From assembly GCA_052426225.1 (NCBI GenBank), contig JBNJNM010000006.1:1798001-1862000 (forward strand): a DNA stretch of 64,000 bases. The letters are read 5' to 3'. This stretch comes from Zancudomyces culisetae HAW-14-8. Taxonomy: Eukaryota; Fungi; Kickxellomycota. Shown here piece after piece: positions 47,902-60,335 of the stretch. The stretch's first letter is position 1; each line of letters begins with the position of its first letter. The translations under genes were made by a program, and so were the position numbers. The notes beneath the pieces were generated by a model, which was given only the letters and a program-made list of their open reading frames with translations, ran no database searches and was not told where the DNA came from.

Positions 47902-50900
47902 ATGGCCGAAAATCTATCGGATGACGATATTTTAGAAAAACAATTTTTCGGCAGCAGCGGAGCTGATAGCAGCGAGGATGAGGAGGCGGAAGAAGAAGAA
48001 CAAAGGGAGCTCGATTCTGCAAATTTGTTTGGCTCGGAATCACCAAAGAAAGAGGAGGAGGAGGACGTGGAGGAGGAGGAGGAGGAGGAGGAGGGAAATG
48101 ATATGGGAATGGAAGAGGGTATGAAGCAAGAGGAACAAAACAGTGAGGGTGTGATTTCTAGCTTTTTTCAAGATAATTTACATGAGGAAAAGAAAAAGCA
48201 GAGGGAGCCTGCAGTAAGCATAGGAAGGGTCTCTCAAGAAAAAACATCAAGGAGCGAGGAAAGCATGAATGCCGGAGACAGGATCGGTGGTACAATGGGC
48301 GTTAAAAAGTTGGAAAAGGAGCAAGATGAAAGTGAGATTCAAACAGAACGGATTAATCCCCCACGAGTGGAATTGGCCTTATACAAAGGAGAAAATAACA
48401 GGACCGTGAATACTAACGAGGAGAATGTGTCGCAAAATATGTTACTAACAGATAAAGAAACTCTAGCAAAAGCAAATAATTCTAATAAGAGGGGAAAATC
48501 CGAGGAAGGTGGGTTATTTTTGATGCTATTAATCTATAATTTTAATATTTATTAAGAAAAATCATCATACTGGACAAAAAACCGCTCTAAATATAGGTTC
48601 AGTAGAGATAGAAAATAAACTTAAGAAATCAAGATCAGAGATCTCTGGGATCAAACGACAGAAAGGCGTGGAGGATAGCGAAAAGGAAGAGGAGGGAGAG
48701 GAAGAAGAAGAAGAGGAGGAGGAGGAAGAAGAAGAGGAAGAAGAGTTAACTAACGGAATGGTCGAAGATGGACTTCAGAATAAAGAAACAAAGCTACTTT
48801 CCGAAGAGAAGAAAAGTCCGATATATACGGTTGACCAATATAGTAAAATAACCATGCTTGATTTTCCACCACGAAAGAGAATAATGCCGTTAAGGAAGTT
48901 TAGGGAGTGTAAAAGTTATGATATTATTCCATATGTAAGTTCCTATTCACAGATACTACCACAATTAACTCTGAAACACTAATCTAGACCTATATACATA
49001 TAGTAGTATGGAAAAGGCAAAATAAATAAGCGATAATTTTTGCAAATTTATAGGTTTCAGTGATATCAAACCATCAGATTTACTCGGTTACGGCGACAAG
49101 AGACATGAGATGGGTTTTTACAGGAGGGGCTGATGGGTATGTATATAAATGGGATTTTTTTGCATCAATGAATGGAAAGACTATGCTGACACAATGGCAA
49201 CGGCACCAAATGGTAGAAACTGTAACAAAGGTAGCTTTCCTGCTTTTTTAATTTCATTTTTTTATTCTTGTGGTTTTCATTTTATATATATAAACATGCC
49301 ATTGGTAACTATATTCATTATATATGATGCGGATAGAATATTACTAACATAAATGTATAATGAAACACTAACTTGTAGTCAGGAGTAATGGTTTCGTATT
49401 TTTACCATGAAGATGAGAGTAAGTGAGAATAATTAATAGCTATCCGATGAGGGGGTTTAAGGTTATAAAACAAAAGCCATGCATTATGATAGTATTTGAG
49501 GCTGGATTTGACCATGTATGACCTATTTAAACTAGATACTCTTGGTGGGAAAGACTTGGATTATATTTCACCTGTTTACAGTATGGATGTAGAGCCAGAG
49601 GGTCTATGGTTGGTTTCAGGTATGAAGGTAACCATTATATTATATATACCAACCAAGAACGCGATTCGCAAGACTGAAGGATACCATTTCAGTATAGCTC
49701 GACAGTTAATGGTGCGTTATTTTGACATCAAATGAGAGTAAACGTGGGATATTTGTTTTCTAGAGCGGAAATATAGGGTTTTGGTCAACCAGACACGACG
49801 AGGGTAGAAGGCTACAGACATTAAAGCGACATAAAGCACCCGTTTCTGTTCTAAAGCTTTCGCTAGATGGGTATGGTTTAATTAGTGGATCTTGGGATCG
49901 TACGGTTAATGTAAATAACTTTTATATATTTACTTGCAAAGATACTTTGATAGCGATATGACGATTGAAAAAACATAATAAGAATATGAGTTCTGAAAGA
50001 GCGCGAAACTCTAACAAAGTGACATTAATTGATGGATAGTATTGGGATTTGAACACTGGCGGCGTAGCACGGACATTTGAAGGGCACATATCCCAGCTGA
50101 GTTCGGGGGAGTTTCAGCCGAACAACTCTGCTGCGCCAGTTTTATTAACCACAAGTGTTGATGGGATGAGCTTGCTCTGGGATATTCGTGACAAAACAAA
50201 AATACCTCGGAGGCTTTTACCTCCTGAAAGAACTCCACCTTGGGCACTTTCGGTAACATTTTGTCTTTTACTTTATCTTTTACTTTAGAAAGTCCGAAAT
50301 CAGGATGTTCAAAAAAATGTGAAGTAATATGCCATATATTATAGAGCCTAGCTTCCATTTAATTAATCCTGTAAAAAAAAATAGTCATGCTGGGGTACGG
50401 ACGGAAATATGATGTATGTAGGGAGAAGAAATAGCACCATCGATGAATTCGACTTTAGGTCAGGGAGTCTAGTAAGAACCTTGAAACTACCGCTGAACTC
50501 AGGTCCGGTTTCCCAAGTGTGTGCCTTGGCTAACGGCAAGAACCTAATCAGCTCATCGTATGATAATCTGAGAATGTGGAACCTAAATGTCAATCAGACA
50601 GGTGAAAAAAAGACAGGCGGAATTCCATTCCAGATTATACCGGGACACCATGGTGCTACGATATCACAGCTATGTAAGAATCAATGTTTTTATTTATATT
50701 TATATATTTATTTTAACTTTTACTTTTTTTATAACACTTTGGCAAAAAAGAAAGAACAGGAAAATAAATGGAAATGTAAAACAAAATTTTTTTGAACATT
50801 TACTTTAATGCTCCCTTGTCCTTACACTTTTTAGACCTTGACGAATCAGGCCGTTTTTTAGTATCAGCAGTCGGAAACAGAGGCTGGGAGGGAGGGGGTA

Positions 50901-50938
50901 CAAATTGCTGTCTGTTTTACGAAATACTCCCTCTGTAG
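47902..50938 (+). CDS. SPT8: SAGA subunit Spt8 (WD40); exons 47902-48508, 48597-48934, 49054-49230, 49379-49418, 49536-49627, 49764-49910, 50040-50252, 50385-50673, 50835-50938
   Basis: Acidic N-terminus; YDIIPYV, WVFTGGADGYV, SPVYSM, TRHDEG, SGSWD, TPPWALS, YVGRRN, IIPGHHGATIS, GNRGWEG. All junctions are GT-AG and in phase. Confidence 0.9.
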
Positions 50939-51031
50939 AAAAGGTTTGTAACATATAGCGTTACTATCAAATTTAAGTTAATGCAGCAATCTTCTTTCCA
51001 TATCTTGCAGTTTATCTACGTTCGTCTTTCT

Positions 51032-53013
51032 CTAGACTCTCTTTTTTAATATTACAAAACCCAAAACAAATGTAGAAGTCAAAACCACAAACGGGGTTAC
51101 CCACTTGGCATAGGAATCAAGGTCATCCAGCGGCAAGGGCATCCTTACTACTAGCTCTTCCACATTCGCTCCATTGACTCCTTCCACACCTTTTCCCAAC
51201 TCTATACTAACACCAATCTTCTGGTGCATCTGTACCATGGCTGTACCTATTTCATGCTGTTTATCATGTAATAACTCGGCGAGAACATCACTAGCTATTC
51301 CAACTCCTAACACATTCTCTTCCAAAAAAAGGGATGGGGTCTGTTGGCCATCACAGCTCCAATAGCAGTACGGTTTGGCTAAGCTCTCGTGTATATATTC
51401 CTTCTTTGCAGTTTTTTGTCCAGTTGACCCCTTTAATCTGTATCTACTGTGTATGGGCAGAACAAAATCATTGGTCTTTCCCGGGAGCGTTATTTCGATC
51501 AGGGTTCCCCACTGTGTGAGTTTGACACTTTCTGCCGGAAGCTCCAACTCAACGTCACCAAAGTACCTAAAGTTTACGTTCTCTAGCTTGCTATTCATCT
51601 GTTTGATTTGATACGGATCAAAAAAGTAGGTTCGGTCTAATTGTTGCACTATAACCAGTTGGCATTTCTCCTCAATCCCACAGCCTGTCTTTTGTTTTTT
51701 AAAAATCAATCTGGGATGGAATGAATTTTGGTTTTCAATCCCCAGGCTAATTGTGTTGTTACTATTTTTCCTTTCTAGACACTTATTTGACTCGCTACCC
51801 ATATCATGTTTAAATATTACTGAGCCTTTCGTTTTGTGCTTTGTTACCCCATCGTAAATAACACCTGTCCATTTCTCGCCATTCATTTCGCCCCCTGACG
51901 TAGTTTTGTCGATTCTGAGTTTACCAGTCTCGTGTTCTGTTCCTAATAACTGAGATTCAGCTATTTGCTTTACAATAACTACTCTTGTGTATATCGATCC
52001 ATTTTTGCCAGTATTATCAATCTCTATTTCGATCCGTTCTATATCTGTTATGCTACCCTTGCCCTCCTTACTAACAGAGCGCGTAACCAAATTTCCCGTA
52101 TTCATGCTATATGCATTTCCTAGAAACCGCTCCAAAAATTTCCTCTTTAATTCACCTTTGTTTTCTCCAAGCAGCTTTCCGTGGTAATACAGTTTTATTG
52201 GTCCCTTCCTGTCAGTGGGCATCTGAGTATAATCTTCCAGGACCACAAACTTTCCATCACTTCCTGTGGACTCAAACGCATATACATCAAAGATCTTGTT
52301 TGCTATGTTTTCCCATTCGCTTTGCACATTCTTAATTGCTGATTTCGCCAGTCTATGGATATATATACATTTAAGTTTCCAGGACTGGTTCTACAAAGAA
52401 ACATTTTCCGAGCAGAAGGATGGAAGGGAATAAGCAAAGAATGTATAAATTTTACCTCTTTCCAGTAATTCCAATGTGAATTCCATTTCTCTCCTCAGTG
52501 GGAAATAAAGCCTTCTCCAGCAGGGATCGATTCAGTTCCCCGTTTGAATCTCTAATAACAAACTTTATTCTTTGGATTTGCGAATCAAGTAACTCCCTAG
52601 ATATGGCCTCCTTATTTAAAGACCCGAGGCCCTCAACCTACAGTTGAAATACAAGTTATTACTTTATCTCCAATTTTGTGAGGATTTTTAAATGAAACAT
52701 CCAAGGATTAATTATTCATAAAAAAACACATCTAAACATCCTTCGGTTCATTACAAGTGGATAACGACAGTGGATTTATCCCAGCAGTAGTGACCCAGAG
52801 ATGCTATAATAACCTAATCTGCAAATTTACCTCAAACTGATCCACAATTATCCCAGTTCTATACTTTGTATGATTTTCCTTTACATCTTTTGGTATTCCG
52901 GAAAAATCAAAAACTCCAAATGTGCTCCTTATGTTTTCGTTCGAATTGGCCTGTGTGTTTAGTGTTGCAGCATCTAGGAGCAAATATAGGGCAGCAAAAA
53001 GTAGTTTTTTCAT
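51032..53013 (-). CDS. PBN1: GPI mannosyltransferase I subunit PIG-X/Pbn1; exons 53013-52831, 52637-52456, 52352-51032
   Basis: Signal peptide MKKLLFAALYLLL; PIG-X motifs FHPRL, FFDPYQI, ELELPAE, LPIHSRY; C-terminal TM helix followed by KKRV. Confidence 0.8.
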
Positions 53014-54250
53014 TCTCTACTTTACAATTCTTTTATCCGTGTCAGAAAGTGATAGAGAGAGAAAATGTATAAACAATTTATTACACTAGCAACAAACCCA
53101 TTGAAATGAAAAAAACAATTCCCGATTTTAGCATCCAGTATTTGCTTTTAGAGTTGCTACCAATTGTGAAATTTTATTGGGCCAAGCCGATACCTCTAAT
53201 TGCAGATACCAGATATTTACTTTGACCACTGATTTAAATTATTTTTTCGACAAAGCGTGAGTTTCCTTTTTTTTTTGTTTCCTTGAACTTTAACTCTGAC
53301 TAAATAGATACATTAAATAAATATCACAACACTCTAATTAACAAAAAAACCTAGCCGATAGATATGTGCAAAATAAAAATATTTCGTTTGTATTCATTTT
53401 TTTATACTGTGTTTCTCGCATGAAGGGGTGGGTGGGACCTGATAGCGTTTTGATGATAACTGAAATAATGTGAAATTGAATAAAATTAAAGTTTGCTTTT
53501 ATTTGTTAAGGTTGATGTTGATTATCCTACAATAAACACCAAACCAGATCGATACAATGAAAACTACCAAATAATACTATTTAAAAAACCCCAATTTAAA
53601 CAATTTTTGGCAACATATATAGGTATTTACATTTTTATACGATTGCACACCAGTTGTCATACATTGGTATATACCGCTTTGCAACAAAAGGGATTGATTA
53701 TTATTCAACTAAGTATCGTCAATATACAATATATATAAAAGTCGTGAAAATAAAAAGTATTAGATTTTATATTATTTGCGAACACACACCAATAAATACA
53801 GGAAAAGCACACCACTTTGAGTAAAGCAACAAAAAATGTAAGAATCCTAGCTAACCAATGTCGAATGTGTCACCTCCCTCCATTCACCACATATTAATGT
53901 ACAAATAAGGACTGAGTATTGGGAAGGTTGGAATGTGCGAATAGAGTTATAAAATCACATTTTTACAAACAATAAACAATACATCCTTTCTTTTTACATG
54001 GCGAGTTACAGATCAATGTCCTACAGCACTTGAATTCTCTAAATTGTGTTACTTTCTATTTTGGTTGCAATAAACGTATAGTATTGGTTGTCAAAGTGGA
54101 TCCATCAAATAACATATCCTTAACCACAATAGAGCCGAGTATGATCTAAGTAGATACCACATAGTTTATAGTTTTGTAGACTCTGTAAAGAATGAGCTCC
54201 CACGCCAAACTGGTTGAGAATAATATTTGGGTTTACGGGGGTGAACCTCT

Positions 54251-54893
54251 TTATTGTGTGATAGAGGTAACCAACTCGATAGAATCGTCAAGTTGGGCAG
54301 TAGTTGTTGATTTTGAGCGATTTTCATCTGTTTTGCGATCCGTTGCTTTGTCTCCATCATCATTTAAAAATATAGAAGAGAGCGGACTATCAGAAATTGA
54401 ATGCAACACAGCATTGTCAGATGCTTCATGAAAATCGACGTTGTCAATGATTGTTGGATCAAAGGTTGATCCGTCGTCAGGTATTATCTCAGTGGTTACT
54501 TCATCAGTACTTGTTGGATCTATTATGTATCCAAAAACTGAATTTTTCTTCTTTAGTTCACTCTTCACCGCTATGATGAAATATTTTTATTTTTTATTAC
54601 AATATATAGTAACTTGTAATTAATTTGATTTTATGCGTATTTGGTAATAAGGTATATTTCTCACCTCCAATATTGATGTTATTTTGCAACTGTGATGGTA
54701 CCGGCTCTTGTTGTGACAGTAATTGCGGACTGTAATCACTATTCCCCACATCTCGGACGTTGTGCTTTTGTACCACCACCCCAAAATCATGTTCACCGCT
54801 AGCTCTACCCAAACTTTGTGTACCGAGTGCATAGCTGGCATACAGCAATACAGCCATAGTTAAGTTTGTGACTGACTGTTTTAATACTGTCAT
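54251..54893 (-). CDS. Secreted protein (family member B), 182 aa; exons 54893-54665, 54570-54251
   Basis: The first ~68 codons match member A. A 94-nt GT-AG intron (54664-54571) joins in frame to the 54251-54568 ORF ending in IELVTSITQ. Confidence 0.65.
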
Positions 54894-55600
54894 TGTTGTT
54901 AAAATATATGGTAATGTCTCCACAATTTGCCTGTATGGGCCTTGCAAGTATGGGTATTAGCAAAACAAAAGTAAAATCAATTCCAATATATCTACACGCA
55001 AAGTAGAAAAGATAAGTTTGTATATGAAATCTAATAATTGGGATACTACAGTGGGTATTTAAATATATATTTATGGGTATAAAATACTTTGTGTTCAAAG
55101 TTTGGATTAGTTGTTTTTTGGTTGATGGCCATCGAGGTTGTATACACACTTTCTCGTGCGTTTGCTTTGATTTACCCACCATCTATTTGTATACACACAT
55201 TAGCCTAAATAATAAATTGTTTTATTTTATTTTCAAAGTTGTCTTCAAGCGAGGCTGTAATGGCACAAGTACAAATTCACAAGTAGTACAAGAATACAAA
55301 TATAAGAATAGTAGCACAAACACAAACACAAACACAAACCCATAATTAGTACGCAAATGAATACAAGTGCGTGGGTAGTTCATAAGCACAAATACATAGA
55401 TAATACACAAATTCGATTAAAAAAGACAGCGGATATTGATGATAATCAACAAGAGTGTATTGACCTGACGACCGAAAATACTCTTAAACGCATTTGTCGT
55501 TCCACACAGCTGGGAGGGGAGGGGCGGGGAGAGGGCATGAGAATTGCGGTAACCAAAATGTAGTTGTGTGTGATCCGGAATTTTGTTACAACCTGTGGGA
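54689..55600. repeat. ~0.91 kb direct duplication, copy 2
   Basis: Near-identical to 40870-41782. Confidence 0.95.
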
Positions 55601-56985
55601 TTTAATACTCGAATATAATACCCGCCCAATGATTTTCCCGAATTTTAGTATTGATTTGTTGATGTTTCATCATATCTTTTTTTTATACCTGGATCACTAA
55701 ATTCACGAACAGGGAAATGTTCTAGCTTTGCAGAGTTCGCAGGATTGTAATGAATATATGAACTCTGTTTATTAAACTATTGCCACGCTTAAACAATCAA
55801 AACAGTTTTAACATTTCACAGATGAATTTTTTGACTTTTTTCAAGAGTATTCAGATATAAACACCCATTGTTCGTTGAGTAAACTTTTGATTTTTCCTAA
55901 ACATAATTCTCTTTATTCTCAATTTGGTGGCTCAACATTTTCCCTTTCTTAAATTCTAGTTTTCCCGACTCACCAAACCCTAGTGTCTATTTACATCATT
56001 TTTTGCTGTTTACAAGGTCACGGTCTTAAATAAGAACAGTGTTTAACCATGTATGCTGTAGGTGGTATGCGACGATTTTACCACACTATCTCTTTTGCTA
56101 CCACCAGGTAATTATTTGACTTTACTGCTTTTGTAGTAAGCTGGTTGTAACAAAGTAACACAATATGTTATTTTAGACTACCAACAATTGTTATCTTGTA
56201 CATTCTCTATCATTTTACCATGGTATATTTGATTACAATCCGAAAGAAGTGATAGAGTCAATTATAAAGATTCAAGCACAAAAGCTGGAACCTTAGCAAC
56301 TGAAAAAGATCTTTTTTTATACCCAACACAAATTATAAAGTATGTCAGAAGCCTATCAGATATTATTTGGGATCGCTAATTTAGTTTCGGCGCTAATGAG
56401 CGTGCTTTATTGTATTAATCCGAATCTGCATTAATCTGCTTCAATGCACTTTAATTTATCAGCTATATTTCTGTAAAACTACAATATCGTGCTTATAGAC
56501 ACATCCACTTGTTTACTCTTCTCAATTCCTATCAATTTCTACTGTCTAGAAAAATTTAATTCTATCTATGAACTTCAAGATTAGGGCGAATAAATTTATT
56601 TAAATACTCCAAAAAAACAATTTTCTTAGAGGTAAAAGCAAAGTACAATGATGTGGATCACTAACGGGGTTTTCAACCAAAATCTTGCTACTATGGTTTT
56701 GATACGATCAGAGTGCATTTAACACAACGATACAGTTTTTGAAAGTCACTCTTGTTTTCATAAGACTGTTTACTTTAAAAATCCCAAAAATGATTCGAAA
56801 GTTGTTTATTTTAAAAATTCATCAATATAAAAAGATAGGGGAAAATTTATCAACATTATTTCAGTGAAGGAGTCTTTAGGAATGTTTCGAGTATTACAAT
56901 TTGCAACATATGATTTACACTATACACCATACAGCCGTTTTTTTGTTTTTACTCTTGACTTGTTTGATTTTTCTTATTGATGAAT

Positions 56986-58233
56986 TTATCCGAAGATTGC
57001 TGTGACTCTTGGGACTTTGTGGAAGCTGCTAGTCTTTGATGCGGCCTTTGAAGCATCACTGAGTGCTGTAACACGGGGAACTGAACTGTCCTTGTCATTG
57101 GCTGATGATTTGCTGCTTTCCTTTGCTGGTACGGCGGCATTGGTTACATCAGAAACAGATGTGACTGCGCTGCTGGTGCTGCTGCTGGATTTTACCTTTA
57201 GTGTGTTTACAGAGACGCTTCCAAGTGAAACTGTGTTAAGGCTGAGTGTGCTGGTACTGTTTGTGGGATCGACAGCTGCAATGCTGGCACCGTCAATACC
57301 GTTGGTGACTGCATCAGAGTCAGAGCCAGTGTCTGATCCGGCATCGGAGTCAGTGTCAGATTCAATGTCAGTATCAGATTCAGTGTCAGACTCGGAGTCA
57401 GACTCAGACTCGGAGTCTGTAGTTGTGTATTCGCTTGATTCGTGTGATTGGTATCCATTGTATGCTTTGTATCCATCTTGTACATTGTACTGATTTTGGG
57501 CTTGGTAACCACCGTGTGTCTTGTACTCGCAAGTTTTTTCGGTTACTGTTGTGCTCTCAGTTACGGTGCATGTCTTTGCAATTGTTTCTGTTTGTATGGC
57601 TGTTTGGGTAACTACAAGTGTCTCTGTTCCGAATGCAGTTTGGATCTCAGTCTCGGTGACGGTGCAGACTGATGTTGTTGTGCTAGTAACAGTTCCGAAT
57701 GAAGTTTGAACGTCAGTAACAGTTTGGGTGCATGTTGATGTGGTGGTTTGCATATCAGTTGTTGTCACGGTGCAAGTCTCTACTGATGTCACAGTGGATG
57801 TTTGGAAATCAGTGACAGTTGAGGTACAAGTTGTGGTGCTTGTTTGTGTGTCAGTTGTGGTCACAGTGCAAGTTTCAGTACTGATGCTTGTTGAAACGGA
57901 TGTTTGAACATCAGTGACAGTTGAGGTGCATGTTGATGTGGTGGTTTGCACATCAGTGGTTGTTACGGTGCAAGTCTCGGTGCTGAAGCTGGTTGCAGTT
58001 GTGGTAACTGTTGTAGTTTCCTTATTGTCACCGTATACAGGGTTATTGGACACGTAGTTGCCGTTGCCGCCTCCATTTTGGTACATTGGTGGTGAGCCTG
58101 CATTGTAGCCTCCATCTCTCTTCATCATCTGCTCAGCAGGTCCTGCTTCCGCGTTTGCTGCGTTGCTTGCATTTGCTGTGTATAGCAATGCGAGTAGGTG
58201 GATGTTTGAAAATACAGTTCTAAATAGTCTCAT
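56986..58233 (-). CDS. Secreted Thr/Cys-repeat protein (family member C)
   Basis: Signal peptide, KR site, TCTxTxTDxQT repeats, Ser-Asp tract, pentapeptide motif, VPRVTA x2. Confidence 0.85.
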   Translation of the reverse strand: MRLFRTVFSNIHLLALLYTANASNAANAEAGPAEQMMKRDGGYNAGSPPMYQNGGGNGNYVSNNPVYGDNKETTTVTTTATSFSTETCTVTTTDVQTTTSTCTSTVTDVQTSVSTSISTETCTVTTTDTQTSTTTCTSTVTDFQTSTVTSVETCTVTTTDMQTTTSTCTQTVTDVQTSFGTVTSTTTSVCTVTETEIQTAFGTETLVVTQTAIQTETIAKTCTVTESTTVTEKTCEYKTHGGYQAQNQYNVQDGYKAYNGYQSHESSEYTTTDSESESDSESDTESDTDIESDTDSDAGSDTGSDSDAVTNGIDGASIAAVDPTNSTSTLSLNTVSLGSVSVNTLKVKSSSSTSSAVTSVSDVTNAAVPAKESSKSSANDKDSSVPRVTALSDASKAASKTSSFHKVPRVTAIFG

Positions 58234-60335
58234 TGTGTTTTTCTTAATGATGTTTACACCTTTACGCTATATACAATTATTTAAATGGTTATTGTGTTGT
58301 TTTTGAAGGGTATATTTGTATGTTAAAAGTTAAAAGAAAATGTGGGATTATATATATCTGAAGTAAAATCGAAACTTGATACTTTACTTTTCAAAACTGG
58401 CTTTAGTAGTTCAGAATTGAAGAAACACACAAATAAAGCAAGTTTCTGTATCATTCACGTACCGGGTATGTTTTTCTTATTCCCTTTTTTTCTACTATTT
58501 TTCACTTAATTACCACCGAAATTAATCAAACAACGCCAGGAGTATATTGAATGGGTATTAACTTGGCGTGTAAGTTATATTAGACCCTTGTTAAAATAGT
58601 CGCTTTGGTACACACAAACATAAAGCACAATAGACCAAATCACTGACCTTTGTGTATTTTTACAAGGGAATATATCTTGATTTTTATATTAGCGTATTCT
58701 ATTTAGTAAGAATTTCCCAGCTTCTACACCATTTTTTTTAAATGCTTGAAGTTATGTACTTGGAGGATTACACGCTGGATAAATACAGCTTTTATTCGTT
58801 CCATCTATTCACTTTTGCCATTTTGAGCAAAAGGCTTAGATAAATCTCAATCATTCCAGGCACTTTAGCCCGCTTCCTTAAGTTTGAGCCTGATTTTTAG
58901 TGTTGCCTTTCCATTCAAATTTAGGTACAGTACTCATAATTCACAATGGCTCGAATATATGTTTCTTTTTCATTTTTGATAGCAAGTAGTTACTCATGTA
59001 CAAATGATATGTATCCACTTGAATTTGGATTGCGTGGTGCTAAGTTTATTCATTTTTTTAGGGAAAATTTGTTATAGCCCTAGTAGTGTATTCACCTTCT
59101 TGTGATCTGCCTTTTGGGTAAAATAGAAATAATTCTTGGTAAGTACAATTCAGAATGCATTCCATTTTTACAAAAAACCCAGAAGGCTGATTTTATTTAA
59201 TTCATTTGAAGATAATTGAACCTCTTTTACATTTTTTTCTTGAGAACAGCTTAAACAATATCAGCTGAAGTTTGCGTTTAATCAAGTTGCCGAGTATTAG
59301 ATCTCAGGATTTAAGTTTTTATTAATATATATTTTTTTCTTTAAAAGAAAAACAAATGTGTGATTTTCACAGTTTGCAGGCTGAAAGGCATGATGGAGGT
59401 TCAAGAATTATTACAGGCAAAAAAATAACAGATTATGATGTGAAAGTTGTATAGTTCAGGGTGTAGATATGGGATACAGTAAAATCACTGTACACACAGA
59501 AATGCACAGAGTGAGCTTCTTCCTTTCATCTATAGCGGTGGCCTTCTTTTTAAAATGGAGATGCCTCGATAGTCTTTAATTTATTGTTCCACTAATGGCT
59601 GTGTTTTGCCTAATAAGATGTAGGGCTATTTGCTCTAGATTTACATAGTGAATTGTGGGCTGCAAAAAAGCATATGGGACTATAAACCTATGTATACTTA
59701 ATTTCTGTTTGAAGACATTTATTCTTGGACCAGTACAACAAAATATGCGGGAATATAGAAGTGGTTCTCTCAGTAATGTTTTGCAAATACTACTTGCTGG
59801 TCGCTCATTGTTGGCTCTTTTGGTTTATTAAAAAAAAAGCTCTGGAAATGTACTTTTGCCTTGAATTCATGTAACATGAATATTAAAATTGAAGTTAGTT
59901 TTGTTCTATTTTATGACTACCCCGATCTCTCCTTCTGTCAAAATACTCGACAGTTGGTACAATTATAGCTTGAATAATATCATTCTCTTACTCCTCATTT
60001 TTCCTACATGACCATGTACTATTTACCCAGCTTTATGTTACTAGTAGAAGATAAAATAATCCAAACTACATGATTCGACCTTTGCTGTTGTTGCACTGGA
60101 TTATCAACGTTAGCACAGAATTGGGCTTCATTCAAGTTTTTTGTATTTTTATAACTTTAGCCCTGTTAAAGTAAGTAAATGACTAAACGGACTCAAAAAC
60201 ATAAAAAAGATATAGAAACTGTGTGCGGAAACGCATTATGAGTAGTAAAAAAAGAGTATATACCCACTGTATTCTCATTATAACTAAGTGGCTTCACAAA
60301 AGAAAATTTTCAAATGCTTTTTTCATGTGAGTGTT

